This document shows, piece after piece, positions 42,769 to 52,565 of a stretch of 64,000 nucleotides of DNA. Source of the DNA: Planctomycetota bacterium (GTDB taxonomy: Bacteria > Planctomycetota > SZUA-567 > H5-PLA8); assembly GCA_045863855.1 (NCBI GenBank), contig BTVV01000020.1, forward strand, positions 8,936 through 72,935, in the 5' to 3' direction. Made by a program: the position numbers and the translations under genes. Below the pieces are notes generated by a model that was not told the DNA's origin, made no database searches, and worked only from the letters and a program-made list of their open reading frames with translations. Every line of letters starts with the position of its first letter. Position 1 is the first letter of the stretch.

Positions 42769-44333
42769 TGATCCGCATGAGCAACGAACGCGCCGCGCTT
42801 TGCGGCACCATGATTTTAACGCTGGCCGCCGCCGCGCACGGAGGCGAGGAAGTTCCCTTCGGGTCGGCCCGAGCCGTCGTCCTGCAGGCCGATCCCGGCA
42901 AAACGTTCCTGCGCCTGCGCGCCTGGTTTCGGGCCGGAAGCAAACACTTCGACCTGCGCGTCGCGCAAGTCGCCGTCAACGGCGTGCCGCTCGACGCCGC
43001 ACGCTTGCGCTCGCCCGCCGAGATCCTGCAGCCGCGCAGCCAGCCGCCCGCGATCCCGCGCGTAAAGGACAAGGCCGGCGCCGTCCATTTCCCCTACTCG
43101 CACACCGCCGCCGGACTGCTCGATTGGACCTACGACGAGACCCAGGAATACAGCATCTGGAACCGTGTCTACCGCCAGTGCGATGCGACCGTCTGTTTCG
43201 ATCTCGCCGGCTTGCCCCCCGATGCCGAAGGGCGCTACGTCGTGACGCTTTACAACACACTCGGCCGCCCCTGGGGCAAGCACGAGAACGGTCAGCCCAA
43301 GGGGTCGGCGCTGGTGGTCGAAGCCTGCGATCTCCTGGCCCAGCCCGAAACGCCGGCGGCCGAACCGTACCTCGCGCCGAGCTGGCACGTGCTGCGTCTG
43401 CACGAACCGTCCTTAAAGGAAGCGCGGCGGCGGTGGAACGATCCGAATACGCCGCCGGCCGAACGCGGCACGCTGGGCTGGAGCCTCGGGCTTCTGCACG
43501 AGATGGCCGGCGAAGAAGAGCAGGCCGTGGCGCACTTTCGCCGCGCGCTCGAACAGGATGTCGCTTTTCCCGAGCGGGAAGAAGTGCGCTACCGGCTTGT
43601 GCGCCGAGGGCTGGCCGAACCGTCGGACGCCACCGCGGACAAGTGGGGCTTCGCGCGCCTGGGACGCGTGCTGGTCCAGGCGCGACGCGGCGAGAACGGA
43701 CCCGGCATCGCCGTGCTGCGGAAGTACAACGGCACGCTGGAGCCCAACGGGCTCCCCGGAGCGGCCTTCGCCGACGACGACGCACATCCGTGGCACGCCG
43801 TGGCGCATCCCGTCTCCGGAGAACACCGCGGCGATATCCCGAACGAAGCGAAGCTCGCCTACACCAACGCCGGCTTGCTGATGCTCTTTCGAGGCCCCAC
43901 CTTGCCTTGGCTCCTCCCCGGCACGCGCATCGGCGAAGACCAGCCCGTCTGGGATCACAACTGCGTCGAACTCTTCGTCTCGCCCGGAGCGACCTTGACC
44001 CACTACTACGAGCTGAACACCAACGACGCCGGCGGGCGCTTCGACGGGCGGCAGGAATGGTTTTTCTGGACGCATCCCGAGTGGAACGGCGCCTGGAAGT
44101 GCCGCGCACGCCGCGAAGAGGGCCGCATGGAAGTGGCGTACTTCGTGCCCTGGAGCGACTTCGAACGCAAGGAACCGCCCGCGCCGGGCGAATGCTGGAT
44201 CGGCAACATCGTTCGCGTGCAATTCCTGCCCGATGCCGAGAAGAACGTCACCCCCGCCGAACTTTCGTGGGGACCGCTCACCCAGCGCAGCTTCCACCGC
44301 TTGCAGGACGGCATGATCTGGCGCTTCGAGTAA
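42768..44333 (+). CDS. Secreted protein with a TPR-like segment and C-terminal CBM9-like domain
   Basis: VWDHNCVELFVSP...YYELNTN...VPWSDF...PGECWIGNIVR...SW. Confidence 0.65.
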   Translation: MIRMSNERAALCGTMILTLAAAAHGGEEVPFGSARAVVLQADPGKTFLRLRAWFRAGSKHFDLRVAQVAVNGVPLDAARLRSPAEILQPRSQPPAIPRVKDKAGAVHFPYSHTAAGLLDWTYDETQEYSIWNRVYRQCDATVCFDLAGLPPDAEGRYVVTLYNTLGRPWGKHENGQPKGSALVVEACDLLAQPETPAAEPYLAPSWHVLRLHEPSLKEARRRWNDPNTPPAERGTLGWSLGLLHEMAGEEEQAVAHFRRALEQDVAFPEREEVRYRLVRRGLAEPSDATADKWGFARLGRVLVQARRGENGPGIAVLRKYNGTLEPNGLPGAAFADDDAHPWHAVAHPVSGEHRGDIPNEAKLAYTNAGLLMLFRGPTLPWLLPGTRIGEDQPVWDHNCVELFVSPGATLTHYYELNTNDAGGRFDGRQEWFFWTHPEWNGAWKCRARREEGRMEVAYFVPWSDFERKEPPAPGECWIGNIVRVQFLPDAEKNVTPAELSWGPLTQRSFHRLQDGMIWRFE

Positions 44334-44405
44334 GCCACTCGCCAGTTTGGGCGATCCCGATTACAAACGCCTGAGCTTCTATTTCGCCGATCGGACGTCC
44401 TGACC

Positions 44406-45827
44406 ATGCTCCAATCCCGAATGGATGTGCGCGCCGTGGTCGGCAAGCTGGAGTTCCGCTCCGGACGATCGCTGGCGCTCTTCGTCGCCTGCTCCGCCGC
44501 CGCTTGGGCGCTCGCCTTTCTTCCCGCGCACGAAGGCTTGTCCGAAGCCGGGCGCCGCGCGCTCTTCACGCTGCTCTGGGCCGCCGGGCTCTGGGTCACC
44601 GAAGCGATCCCCGCTTACGCCACCGCGCTGGGTGTCATTGCCGTCGAGATCGCGCTGCTGGGCCGCCCGCACGGTTCGTTCGCCAAGCATCCGCACGACT
44701 GGGAAATCTTCGTCGCCCCGTGGGCCAGCCCGCTGATCTGGCTCTTCTTCGGCGGCTTCGTCCTCGCCGCCGCCGCCGCCAAAAGCGGCCTCGACAAATG
44801 GTTCTGCGCCGCCGTCCTCGGACGCTTCGGCACGCGCCCCGCCATGATCCTGCTCGGCGCGATGGGCCTCACCTTTTGTTTCAGCATGTTCGTCAGCAAC
44901 ACCGCCACCGCCGCGATGATGCTCGCCGTCATGGCCCCGATCGTCTCGCGCAGCGAAGGCGACGATCCCTTCGGCAAAGCCATGCTGCTGGCCATTCCCT
45001 TCGCCGCCAGCCTCGGCGGCATGGGCACTTTGATCGGCACGCCGCCCAACGCCATTGCCGCCGGCGCATTGAAAGGGCCGCACGAGATCTCGTTCCTCGC
45101 CTGGATGCTCCTCGCCCTCCCCCCGGCCCTCTTAGCCAACCTGCTCGTTTGGTTCTTTCTCTGCTGGCGCTACCCCAGCCGCAAGACCCGCATCGACTTG
45201 AATGAAATGATCGCCAGCGCCGCCGAAGCCCCGCAAATGGAACGCTGGCGCAAACTCCTGGTGCTGATCGTATTCGCCGCCACCGTCGGGCTCTGGATGA
45301 CCGGCCCCTGGCACGGACTGCCCACGGCGGTGATCGCCTTCCTGCCCCTCAGTGTCCTGACGATGACCGGCGTCCTGCGCGCCGAGGACATCCGCGCGCT
45401 GCCGTGGGAGGTGCTTCTGATGCTCGCCGGCGGACTCGCCTTGGGCGTCGGCGTCGCCGAAACCGGACTCGCCCCGTGGATCGTCAAGCACCTGCCCCAA
45501 GACAGCCTCGGGCCGGTCGCGCTGACTTTCGTGCTTTGCTACCTGACGGCGGCGTTGAGCAACTTCATGAGCAACACCGCTGCCGCGAACATCCTGGTGC
45601 CCATCGGCGTGGCGCTCGCGCCGGAGAACCCCGGGCCGTACGTCGTGCCCATCGCGCTGGCCGCCAGTTGCGCGCTCTGCCTGCCCATCAGCACCCCGCC
45701 CAACGCGCTGGCGTACGCCTCAGGGCGCCTCAACGCGCGCGACTTCCTGGCCGGCGGCCTGCTCGTGGGCGCCCTCGCCCCCGCCGTCTGCGTGCTTTGG
45801 TCGATCCTTGCCTACCGCTGGCTGTAA
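44406..45827 (+). CDS. SLC13/DASS sodium:dicarboxylate/sulfate symporter
   Basis: SMFVSNTAT, GTLIGTPPN, NFMSNTA, PISTPPNA. Confidence 0.93.
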   Translation: MLQSRMDVRAVVGKLEFRSGRSLALFVACSAAAWALAFLPAHEGLSEAGRRALFTLLWAAGLWVTEAIPAYATALGVIAVEIALLGRPHGSFAKHPHDWEIFVAPWASPLIWLFFGGFVLAAAAAKSGLDKWFCAAVLGRFGTRPAMILLGAMGLTFCFSMFVSNTATAAMMLAVMAPIVSRSEGDDPFGKAMLLAIPFAASLGGMGTLIGTPPNAIAAGALKGPHEISFLAWMLLALPPALLANLLVWFFLCWRYPSRKTRIDLNEMIASAAEAPQMERWRKLLVLIVFAATVGLWMTGPWHGLPTAVIAFLPLSVLTMTGVLRAEDIRALPWEVLLMLAGGLALGVGVAETGLAPWIVKHLPQDSLGPVALTFVLCYLTAALSNFMSNTAAANILVPIGVALAPENPGPYVVPIALAASCALCLPISTPPNALAYASGRLNARDFLAGGLLVGALAPAVCVLWSILAYRWL

Positions 45828-45829
45828 TA

Positions 45830-45862
45830 AAAACAGCGGCGGGAGTTCCGCCGCTGCTGTGT
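45830..45862. terminator. Hairpin between convergent genes (likely bidirectional terminator)
   Basis: AAAA-CAGCGGCGG-GAGTT-CCGCCGCTG. Confidence 0.6.
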
Positions 45863-45885
45863 TCGAAGGTACAAAGCTTGAATGA

Positions 45886-46434
45886 CTATGCGTGCGCCAT
45901 GCCCACGGCCTGCTGCGGCGTGGCGGACGGCTTGGCCGAAGTCCCGGCTTCCGCTTCCGCCGGCGCATTCAAACCCAGCCACCCCGCGATCAGCCGGTCC
46001 AGGCTCAGCGACCCCGGCCCGCTGAAGAGCAGCCACAATAGCATCAGCAGATACGCCGCCGCCGAGATATCCAGCAGCGACCCCGGAGCTACGAGTCCTT
46101 CAATAAACTCGCTGCGGTGAGCGGTAGCGATCGCCACCACCATGGTGCTGCTGAGCATAAACGCGAAAAAACGCGTGGCCAATCCCAGCACCAGCGCAAT
46201 ACCGCCCACCAGTTCCAGCGTAGCGACGAAGCGCGCCTGAAACGCCGGCGCCGGTATGCCCAGGTTTTCGAAGAAGCCTTCGGTGCGCTCTATGTTCGAC
46301 CACTTCCCGTTGCCGGCCTGATAAAAGCCATGCCCGACCACCACCCGCGTTAATAGTGCCGCCACCAGCACCAGCGCGCCCAGCAGTTTGATACCCTTCC
46401 GAGCCATCCGTTTAACTGCATGTTCCTCGTTCAT
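45886..46434 (-). CDS. DoxX family membrane protein
   Basis: R...G..K, FFENLGIP.P, ELVGG.ALVLGLATR, GPGSLSLD. Confidence 0.9.
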   Translation of the reverse strand: MNEEHAVKRMARKGIKLLGALVLVAALLTRVVVGHGFYQAGNGKWSNIERTEGFFENLGIPAPAFQARFVATLELVGGIALVLGLATRFFAFMLSSTMVVAIATAHRSEFIEGLVAPGSLLDISAAAYLLMLLWLLFSGPGSLSLDRLIAGWLGLNAPAEAEAGTSAKPSATPQQAVGMAHA

Positions 46435-46532
46435 GACCGCCGCTCCTGTTCGATTCGTTCGCGCGCTGCTTGGCGCGCTTGGGCATGTGAGCTAATGGCC
46501 AAGCCACGCTTGATTATTCCCGCGCCGAAATG

Positions 46533-46562
46533 AAAACGGCCGGCCCCAAGGGCCGGCCGTTC
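46533..46562 (-). terminator. Intrinsic terminator after the Cys-repeat peptide gene
   Basis: Minus strand AACGGCCGGCCC-TTG-GGGCCGGCCGTT-TTCA. Confidence 0.7.
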
Positions 46563-46581
46563 GAACTTCATGCTGGCTTGA

Positions 46582-46851
46582 TTACTCGGTCTTCGGGGCT
46601 TCGCCGGTCTTCGCCGCGCAAGCCGTCTTGTCGCCGGTCTTGGCCGCACAAGCCGTCTTGTCGCCCGTCTTCTCGCCGCAGCCTTCCTTGCCGCCGCAAG
46701 CCGTCTTGTCACCCGTCTTGGCGCCGGCAGCCGGAGCAGCCGTCTTATCGGTCTTCGCATCCGTCTTGGCCGCACCGCCGCAACCCGAGAGCAGACCCGT
46801 CACCGCCATCGCCAACAGTACCTTGGCCTTCTTTCCGCGAACCGTCTCCAT
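46582..46851 (-). CDS. 89-aa exported (lipoprotein-signal) Cys-repeat low-complexity peptide
   Basis: AGGAGG RBS; METVRGKKAKVLLAMAVTGLLSGC...; KTGDKTAC three times and CGGKEGCG. Confidence 0.75.
   Translation of the reverse strand: METVRGKKAKVLLAMAVTGLLSGCGGAAKTDAKTDKTAAPAAGAKTGDKTACGGKEGCGEKTGDKTACAAKTGDKTACAAKTGEAPKTE
46601..46719. repeat. 30-bp-period coding tandem repeat (KTGDKTACAA)
   Basis: TCGCCGGTCTT(C/G)GCCGC(G/A)CAAGCCGTCTTG at 46601 and 46631, partial copies at 46661 and about 46696. Confidence 0.85.
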
Positions 46852-47006
46852 CGCCTGTCTCCTCCTGGAAGCCACCTGGGCTCCGTCCCTGTAAAATTCG
46901 CGCCCCTCGCGGGTATCGCGCATCCCTCGCCCGGACGGCCCTTGGCCGAACCCGGTCACGCCGCCCGGCACAGCAGATCTGCACCGCCGGGGCGCCTGTT
47001 CCGCAA

Positions 47007-49202
47007 TCATTTGCTCGTGGCGACGTAGACTCCATTCCAACCTGAAAGGGGCGGCGCGTCAAGCAACCTCACGCACCTTGCGGCCATGGTCCGGCTGGGC
47101 AGGTCGCCCGGCTGAGCCTCCCAAAGCGCCCGAGCCGCCGCAAAATCCCCTTTCACATAGGCCTCAAAGGCCCGGTCGTATGCCCGCGCCGCCTCCAAAC
47201 GAACCGCCGGAACCGTCCCCGCCGCGCCCAAAAGCTCGTAGACGCACAACGCCTGCGTCCGCCCTTTGACGGCCACCCGGTCGATCAGCCGGAATTCGAA
47301 CGCCTTCCCCGCCGCTTCGCGGATGGACGCGCTGGCCAGGATCGTCGTGCCGTACGTCTTGTTCAACCCTTCCAGCCGTGAAGCCAGGTTCACGCCGTCG
47401 CCCAGCGCCGTGTAGTTCATCCGCTCGGGCGAACCGAAATGCCCGACCATCACCGGCCCGACATGCAGGCCCAGCCGCGTCTCCCAGGCGGGACCGCCGC
47501 GCCAAGCCTCCGAAGCGTACAGCGCTTGCGTGCGCGCCAGCGCATCCAGAGCCGCCGCGCACGCCGCCGCCGCGTGATCCGCCACCGCCTCCGGCGCGTT
47601 CCACAACGCCATCACGGCGTCGCCGATGAATTTATCCACCGCGCCGCGTTGGGCATGCACCGCCGCCGTCATCGTCTCGAGGTACAGGCCCAGATACCGC
47701 GCCAGTTCGTCCGGCGCGAGCCGCTCCGAACACTGCGTGAAGTCTTTGATATCCGTAAAGAGGATGCTCAATTCGCGCAGCTCGCCGCCCAGTTCGGGCT
47801 CGCGCCCGCTGCGGTAAAGCTGCCGGACCAGCCCCACCGGAACGTAACGGCTCATCGCCCGCGCCGCCGTCTTCGCCAGCTCCAGCCCGTCGAGCACCGT
47901 GCCGACTTCGCGCAGCGCCACCTCGCGCGCGCGAGGCTCGAAAGAAAAATCGCGCATCCGCGCAGTCTCGTCCACCACTTCGACGAGATCGCACCGCACT
48001 TTCCGCAGCGTCCAGCCGCCGCCGATCAGGATCGCCGCCATCACCAGCGCCGCCGCCCACGTCAGCCTGCGCTGCATCTCGAGCAAACCGCCCAGGTAAT
48101 GCGCTTCCGGCGCGACGATCCCTACCGCGCCGTCGGCGAGCCCGCCGCGAATTTCGCCGCCTTCGCCCAATCTGCGGAACGTCATCAAATAGCGTGTGCC
48201 CTCCAGCTCGAAGGCGCCCGAATAGCGCGGCGCGGCGTCCGAAAGCATCCGCCACGGCTCCTCCGCCAGCGCGGCACGCACCTCTGCCGGAGCCGCGGAC
48301 GGATCGACGCGCAGGTCCGTCGCGGTCTCGATCAGGCGGCTCTCTTCGCCGAGCCCCGTAAGCAGACCGCCGTACCCGTTCACCAAAAAGACCCGGTGCG
48401 GATCGGCCGCACCTTCCGCCAGCCGGACCTGCGTGATGCGGTCGAGTTCCTCCGTCGCGAAGCCCGCGCGCAGCACGCCCAGAAATTTTCCTTCGGCATC
48501 CACCAGCGCCTGCTGCACCGTCAGCACCACGCGCTGCCGCTCGAGCGGCAGCCGCGCGTCCAGAGCCGATCGATGCAGCTCGCTCCACGCCGCGGCGCCG
48601 AACGCACCGGCTCCCACTACGCCCTGGAATGTCGGATGCAGGACGGGGTTCTCGGTCGTGCCGGCTTCGGCGCTCCACGCCACACCGTCCAGCTTAGCGC
48701 CGGGCTCGCGCAGGCGTACCTGAGACGCGAAGCCGCCGCCCGGTACCGACAGCACTCGCCGCGTCACGATCCGCTCGCCGTCGGCTTCCGGCGCCGCGCG
48801 GAATACCGAGACTTGCGCCCCGGTAGCGGCATCGGCCTGCCAGGCGCCGCCGGCATCCCGCCGGGCTTCGGCCGTCGTCAGCGTCAGTTCGATCAAACCG
48901 GGTTGAGCGGCCAGTTGCGCGAAGAAGTCGCGTTCGAGGTCCGCGGCATCCCGCGGCTGCACCGCGCCGCGTTGCACGCGCGCCTCGAAGGCCGCCACCG
49001 CCTCGGCCGCCTGGCCCAAATGCTCGCGCACGCGCGCGCCCAACTGCCGCGCCGCGTCGTCGCGCATCCGCTCCGAAACTTCCATCAGCGCCGCGCGTGA
49101 ACTTTGCAGGATCAAAGCGAAGAGCAAACCCAGCAGCAGCGCCAGACCGCTCACACTGGCCAAGAACAGATGACCCAAGCTGGGCCGCCAGCGATCCCGC
49201 AC
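47007..49202 (-). CDS. Membrane adenylate/guanylate cyclase (class III) with Cache-like sensor
   Basis: Two TMs; ILFTDIKDFT, DKFIGDAVMA, YTALGDGVNLASRLE, VKGR. Confidence 0.9.
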   Translation of the reverse strand: MRDRWRPSLGHLFLASVSGLALLLGLLFALILQSSRAALMEVSERMRDDAARQLGARVREHLGQAAEAVAAFEARVQRGAVQPRDAADLERDFFAQLAAQPGLIELTLTTAEARRDAGGAWQADAATGAQVSVFRAAPEADGERIVTRRVLSVPGGGFASQVRLREPGAKLDGVAWSAEAGTTENPVLHPTFQGVVGAGAFGAAAWSELHRSALDARLPLERQRVVLTVQQALVDAEGKFLGVLRAGFATEELDRITQVRLAEGAADPHRVFLVNGYGGLLTGLGEESRLIETATDLRVDPSAAPAEVRAALAEEPWRMLSDAAPRYSGAFELEGTRYLMTFRRLGEGGEIRGGLADGAVGIVAPEAHYLGGLLEMQRRLTWAAALVMAAILIGGGWTLRKVRCDLVEVVDETARMRDFSFEPRAREVALREVGTVLDGLELAKTAARAMSRYVPVGLVRQLYRSGREPELGGELRELSILFTDIKDFTQCSERLAPDELARYLGLYLETMTAAVHAQRGAVDKFIGDAVMALWNAPEAVADHAAAACAAALDALARTQALYASEAWRGGPAWETRLGLHVGPVMVGHFGSPERMNYTALGDGVNLASRLEGLNKTYGTTILASASIREAAGKAFEFRLIDRVAVKGRTQALCVYELLGAAGTVPAVRLEAARAYDRAFEAYVKGDFAAARALWEAQPGDLPSRTMAARCVRLLDAPPLSGWNGVYVATSK

Positions 49203-49268
49203 GCGCTCGAACCTCCAATCGTCCGAGCTGGAATGTGAAGAACGCCTCGGGCGATTCCAATAACCGGG

Positions 49269-50399
49269 CTACGGTGCGGCGGCGGCCGTCGGCCGGCCCA
49301 ACTCCAGTTCCAGGTCGGTCGAGACCAGAACGCCCGTCCAGGGCGCTGCGGGCAGGTTCTCCAACCCCTTGCCCTCATGATCATTACGATAAAACGCTTC
49401 GATTAGATACGTCCCTTCCAGTTCCTTCAGAATACCGTGATCGCGTACGTCGAAGTGAAGCTCTTTGCTCAGCGTGCCCGAAGCGGCCACTACCGCGAAA
49501 TCCGTAGCGTCCACCACCGCCAGCACTGCCGGATCCATCTCCTGCGTCAGGTTCTTTTCCTTCACGCGCAGCACCACTGCGTCTTCCCGTGCCGCGCCTT
49601 TTTTGCGGATCAGCACCCCGAATCCGCTGATCAGGCCGTCGTATACCGCTTGCGGATAGCCGCGCCCGTTCTCGAACCGCACCGTGATGTCGAAGGTGTT
49701 GTCGTTGCGGATCGAACGCCGCGCGCGCACCGCCGTGAGGCTCAGGCCGCGGTCAATCTTGCCCGGTTCGACTTTCTGAAGCTCGATTTCCGCCTTTTTC
49801 ACCGTCGCCTTGCGCGCCATTTGCTCGTCCCAAGGGCGCAAGTACGCTCGCCGCTCGGCCGAACGGCTGCGATTCAATTCCAGTTTAACTTCCGCCGCGT
49901 ATTGGATGTCGTAGACGTTCTGCGGATGCTCGATCCGGTAGCGCAGAGGCACCGCGTCAGTGCCCTTTTGGCGGTTCCACAAAAAGAAGACGCCCTGCGT
50001 ACCCTTTGCCGGAAGCGCGCGCTGCTCCGCGGCAATCACCGCCACCGGCGGCAGCGGGTCGGTTTCGATCTGCGTCGTGCCGTGCAGAGCTTTCGTCTTG
50101 GGATCGCCTTCCTTCGGGCGCGGGCGTTCGGCCTCGCTGCGCAGAATCGCCTGCGCGCGCCAATCCCGCGTCACTTCGTCCGGCGGCGCTTTCAGTACGT
50201 CCAGCACCTTTAAGTGCACGCCCGCGAGGTCGGCATCGCCCAGCTCCGCGACGAAGATCGTCTCGGCCTTGGCCAGCAGCTCGGAAAAGGTCAGGATCTC
50301 GTCGGCCGCCGGACCGCTTTCGGCGGCACGCAGCGAAAGACACAGCGCCAGCACTCCAAACGCCGCGAGCGTTCGGACGCTACCAGGACTCGCAATCAT
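49269..50399 (-). CDS. Hypothetical secreted protein
   Basis: Signal-peptide-like N-terminus from ATG 50399; protein-like composition. Confidence 0.6.
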   Translation of the reverse strand: MIASPGSVRTLAAFGVLALCLSLRAAESGPAADEILTFSELLAKAETIFVAELGDADLAGVHLKVLDVLKAPPDEVTRDWRAQAILRSEAERPRPKEGDPKTKALHGTTQIETDPLPPVAVIAAEQRALPAKGTQGVFFLWNRQKGTDAVPLRYRIEHPQNVYDIQYAAEVKLELNRSRSAERRAYLRPWDEQMARKATVKKAEIELQKVEPGKIDRGLSLTAVRARRSIRNDNTFDITVRFENGRGYPQAVYDGLISGFGVLIRKKGAAREDAVVLRVKEKNLTQEMDPAVLAVVDATDFAVVAASGTLSKELHFDVRDHGILKELEGTYLIEAFYRNDHEGKGLENLPAAPWTGVLVSTDLELELGRPTAAAAP

Positions 50400-50431
50400 C
50401 GACCGCTTACCCCCAACCGGCCGCCGGGACT

Positions 50432-50632
50432 CTACTTTAGCGTGACCTTGACGGCGCCCTTGGCGCCTTCCGAAAAGGCAAGCTTTCCTTCGCGAGCCAG
50501 CCAACCCAGCGCGCGGTCCACTTCGGTGGTCTTCAACTTCAAGGCCTTCCCGATCGCCGCCGGTGACTGACCGCCCTTTTCGTTCAATACCTGCCACACC
50601 TGACCGGCATGCTGGCCGATGATCTCTTCCAT
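50432..50632 (-). CDS. Small winged-helix protein (DUF2582-like)
   Basis: IG..AG.VW..L...ALGWLAREGK; AAGGAG RBS. Confidence 0.85.
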   Translation of the reverse strand: MEEIIGQHAGQVWQVLNEKGGQSPAAIGKALKLKTTEVDRALGWLAREGKLAFSEGAKGAVKVTLK

Positions 50633-50788
50633 CGCATGGCTCCTTCCGGTTTCAAAAGCATCCTGAAAGCACTTTTATACTAACGCACCTGCGCATCGAA
50701 TCAACGCGGGCGAATTCCAGATTGATTTTTCTCCTTCGAATTGCACGCTGCGCACGAAGCGATGGGCGTTCACGCACTTCGAGCACGA

Positions 50789-51592
50789 TTAAAGCAGGCG
50801 CTCCAGGACGCGCGCATGCGTCCGCAACACGCCCGCCCATTCCGCGCCCAAGCGAGGGCTGTATTCGGAGGTCGCGAAAACCACGCCCAGCGCGCCGGCC
50901 AGGCGCGGTGAAGATGAGTGCGGATCGAAGACCGGCACCGAAACGCGCGCTCGAGCGATATCCGGATGTGGCTGCGAGACCATTACCCAACCCAAGTCGC
51001 GCACCCGCGCGCAGCGTTCCGCCAAATCGCCCGGCGGCGCGCGGTTCAAACCAAGCCGGCGGCGTTGTTCCGCATCGGACGTCCGCGCAAGGTACTCCGG
51101 TACCCGCCGCTCGCCGTCGCACGCGAGGTACACCAAACCGTGCGCGACGAGATGGTTGAGCTGGAACAAGAGCCCCGAGCGCGCCAGCACCTCCGCCGGT
51201 GTTCGCTCCGCCAGCCAGACGTCCATCATCATCAGTTCCCAGCGCCCCACCGCGACGCACAGCTCGCTCATCTGGTGTGTCGCTTGGGTGATCTCGCGCA
51301 AAATCGGCTTCACTTCGCGAACCAGCGGGACGGCCTCCCGCGCCAGATAACCTACCTCCAACGTGCGCCGGCCCAATCGGTACAAGCCGCTGCGTGGATC
51401 CTGTTCGACCAGCCGCCGAGCGCACAGCGGTTTGAGCAGTCGGTACAACGACGCTCGCGGAACGTGAAGCTGAGTCTGGAGTTGCGAAGCGCTGGCGCCT
51501 TTCCGGAAGCTCCCGGCCAGCAGATCCAACAGCGCCAGTCCGCGATCCAGCGCCGGTGCGGAACCCGATGCCGATTCGTTCGTGTGTCTCAT
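50789..51592 (-). CDS. IclR-family transcriptional regulator
   Basis: SAPALDRGLALLDLL HTH, YRLG, ARVRDLGW...VSVPVFD. Confidence 0.88.
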   Translation of the reverse strand: MRHTNESASGSAPALDRGLALLDLLAGSFRKGASASQLQTQLHVPRASLYRLLKPLCARRLVEQDPRSGLYRLGRRTLEVGYLAREAVPLVREVKPILREITQATHQMSELCVAVGRWELMMMDVWLAERTPAEVLARSGLLFQLNHLVAHGLVYLACDGERRVPEYLARTSDAEQRRRLGLNRAPPGDLAERCARVRDLGWVMVSQPHPDIARARVSVPVFDPHSSSPRLAGALGVVFATSEYSPRLGAEWAGVLRTHARVLERLL

Positions 51593-51630
51593 TAGTGAGA
51601 CAGTATGCGCCCATCCGATGGCCGCGTCAA
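51585..51630 (-). promoter_or_regulatory. IclR gene promoter with overlapping palindromic operator
   Basis: Minus strand TTGACG-17-CATACT (51630-51602); TGTCTCA-N4-TGAGACA at 51585-51602 spans the start codon. Confidence 0.7.
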
Positions 51631-51689
51631 TGCCCGCAGGGTATCGATACGAAAGGGAAGCATATCACAGGTAACCGGAGCCCGAAGAG

Positions 51690-52463
51690 ATGACCACCGC
51701 AGCCGCCACCCACGAACTGACCCGCGAAGAGATTCAGCGCTTCGAAAACGAAGGATACCTGGGGCCGTATACGGCTTTCGCACCCGAAGAGATGGAGGCG
51801 ATGCGCCCGGAGATCGACCGCATACTGCAAGAGCCGCACCGCACCTGCGTCCATTTCAACGGCAAGCCCGTAGAAGGACACCAAGGCCGGCATCTCGACC
51901 GCCGCTTGATCTGGGAACTGTGCAGCCACCCCGCCATCGTCGAACGGATGGCCGGGATCAAAGGCCCCGATTTGGTGCTCTGGCGCAGCAACTTTTTCGT
52001 CAAGCAACCCGGAGACAAGGCGATTCCCTGGCACCAGGACCGCGCTTACTGGCCGATCGAGCCGGAGATCAACATCACCGCGTGGATGGCTATCGACGAC
52101 GTGACCGTCGAGAATTCCTGCGTTCAGATCATCCCCGGCAGCCACAAGCTCCCTCTGGAACACGTGCCCACCGATCGGGAGATCAACACCTTCCACAAAG
52201 GCGCGAACGTGCAGGGCGTGGACCTGTCCAAGCGCGTGCACATGGTCCTGAAGCCGGGCCAGTTCTTCCTCTTCGACGAAACGACACTCCACCACTCCGA
52301 GCCCAACCGTAGCAACAAGCGCCGTTGCGGGCTGGCCGTCCGCGTCACCGTCCCGAAAGTAAAGGTGGATCACGCCGAGCTATACCACGGGCATAAGTGC
52401 GTGTTGCTGCGCGGCGAAGACCGCTACGGCCTCAACGAGATGGCTCAGCCGCCGCAGGACTAA
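51690..52463 (+). CDS. PhyH-family Fe(II)/2OG dioxygenase
   Basis: FENEGY, WHQD, IPGSH, HHS..N.S..RR. Confidence 0.9.
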   Translation: MTTAAATHELTREEIQRFENEGYLGPYTAFAPEEMEAMRPEIDRILQEPHRTCVHFNGKPVEGHQGRHLDRRLIWELCSHPAIVERMAGIKGPDLVLWRSNFFVKQPGDKAIPWHQDRAYWPIEPEINITAWMAIDDVTVENSCVQIIPGSHKLPLEHVPTDREINTFHKGANVQGVDLSKRVHMVLKPGQFFLFDETTLHHSEPNRSNKRRCGLAVRVTVPKVKVDHAELYHGHKCVLLRGEDRYGLNEMAQPPQD

Positions 52464-52478
52464 AGCAGCCTGCATCGT

Positions 52479-52511
52479 GAAGCCGGAGGCGGTCGCGGCC
52501 GCCTCCGGCTT
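52479..52511 (+). terminator. Strong hairpin between the two phyH genes
   Basis: AAGCCGGAGGCGGTC-GC-GGCCGCCTCCGGCTT. Confidence 0.5.
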
Positions 52512-52565
52512 AACGCTTCATAAAGTGTTCATCCAATCTTGCGTAAGCCCCGGCTGGATCCCGCC

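Noticed and set aside
46601..46719. 30-bp repeats as a possible CRISPR array
   Set aside because: They are in-frame coding repeats without unique spacers, and no cas genes are present.
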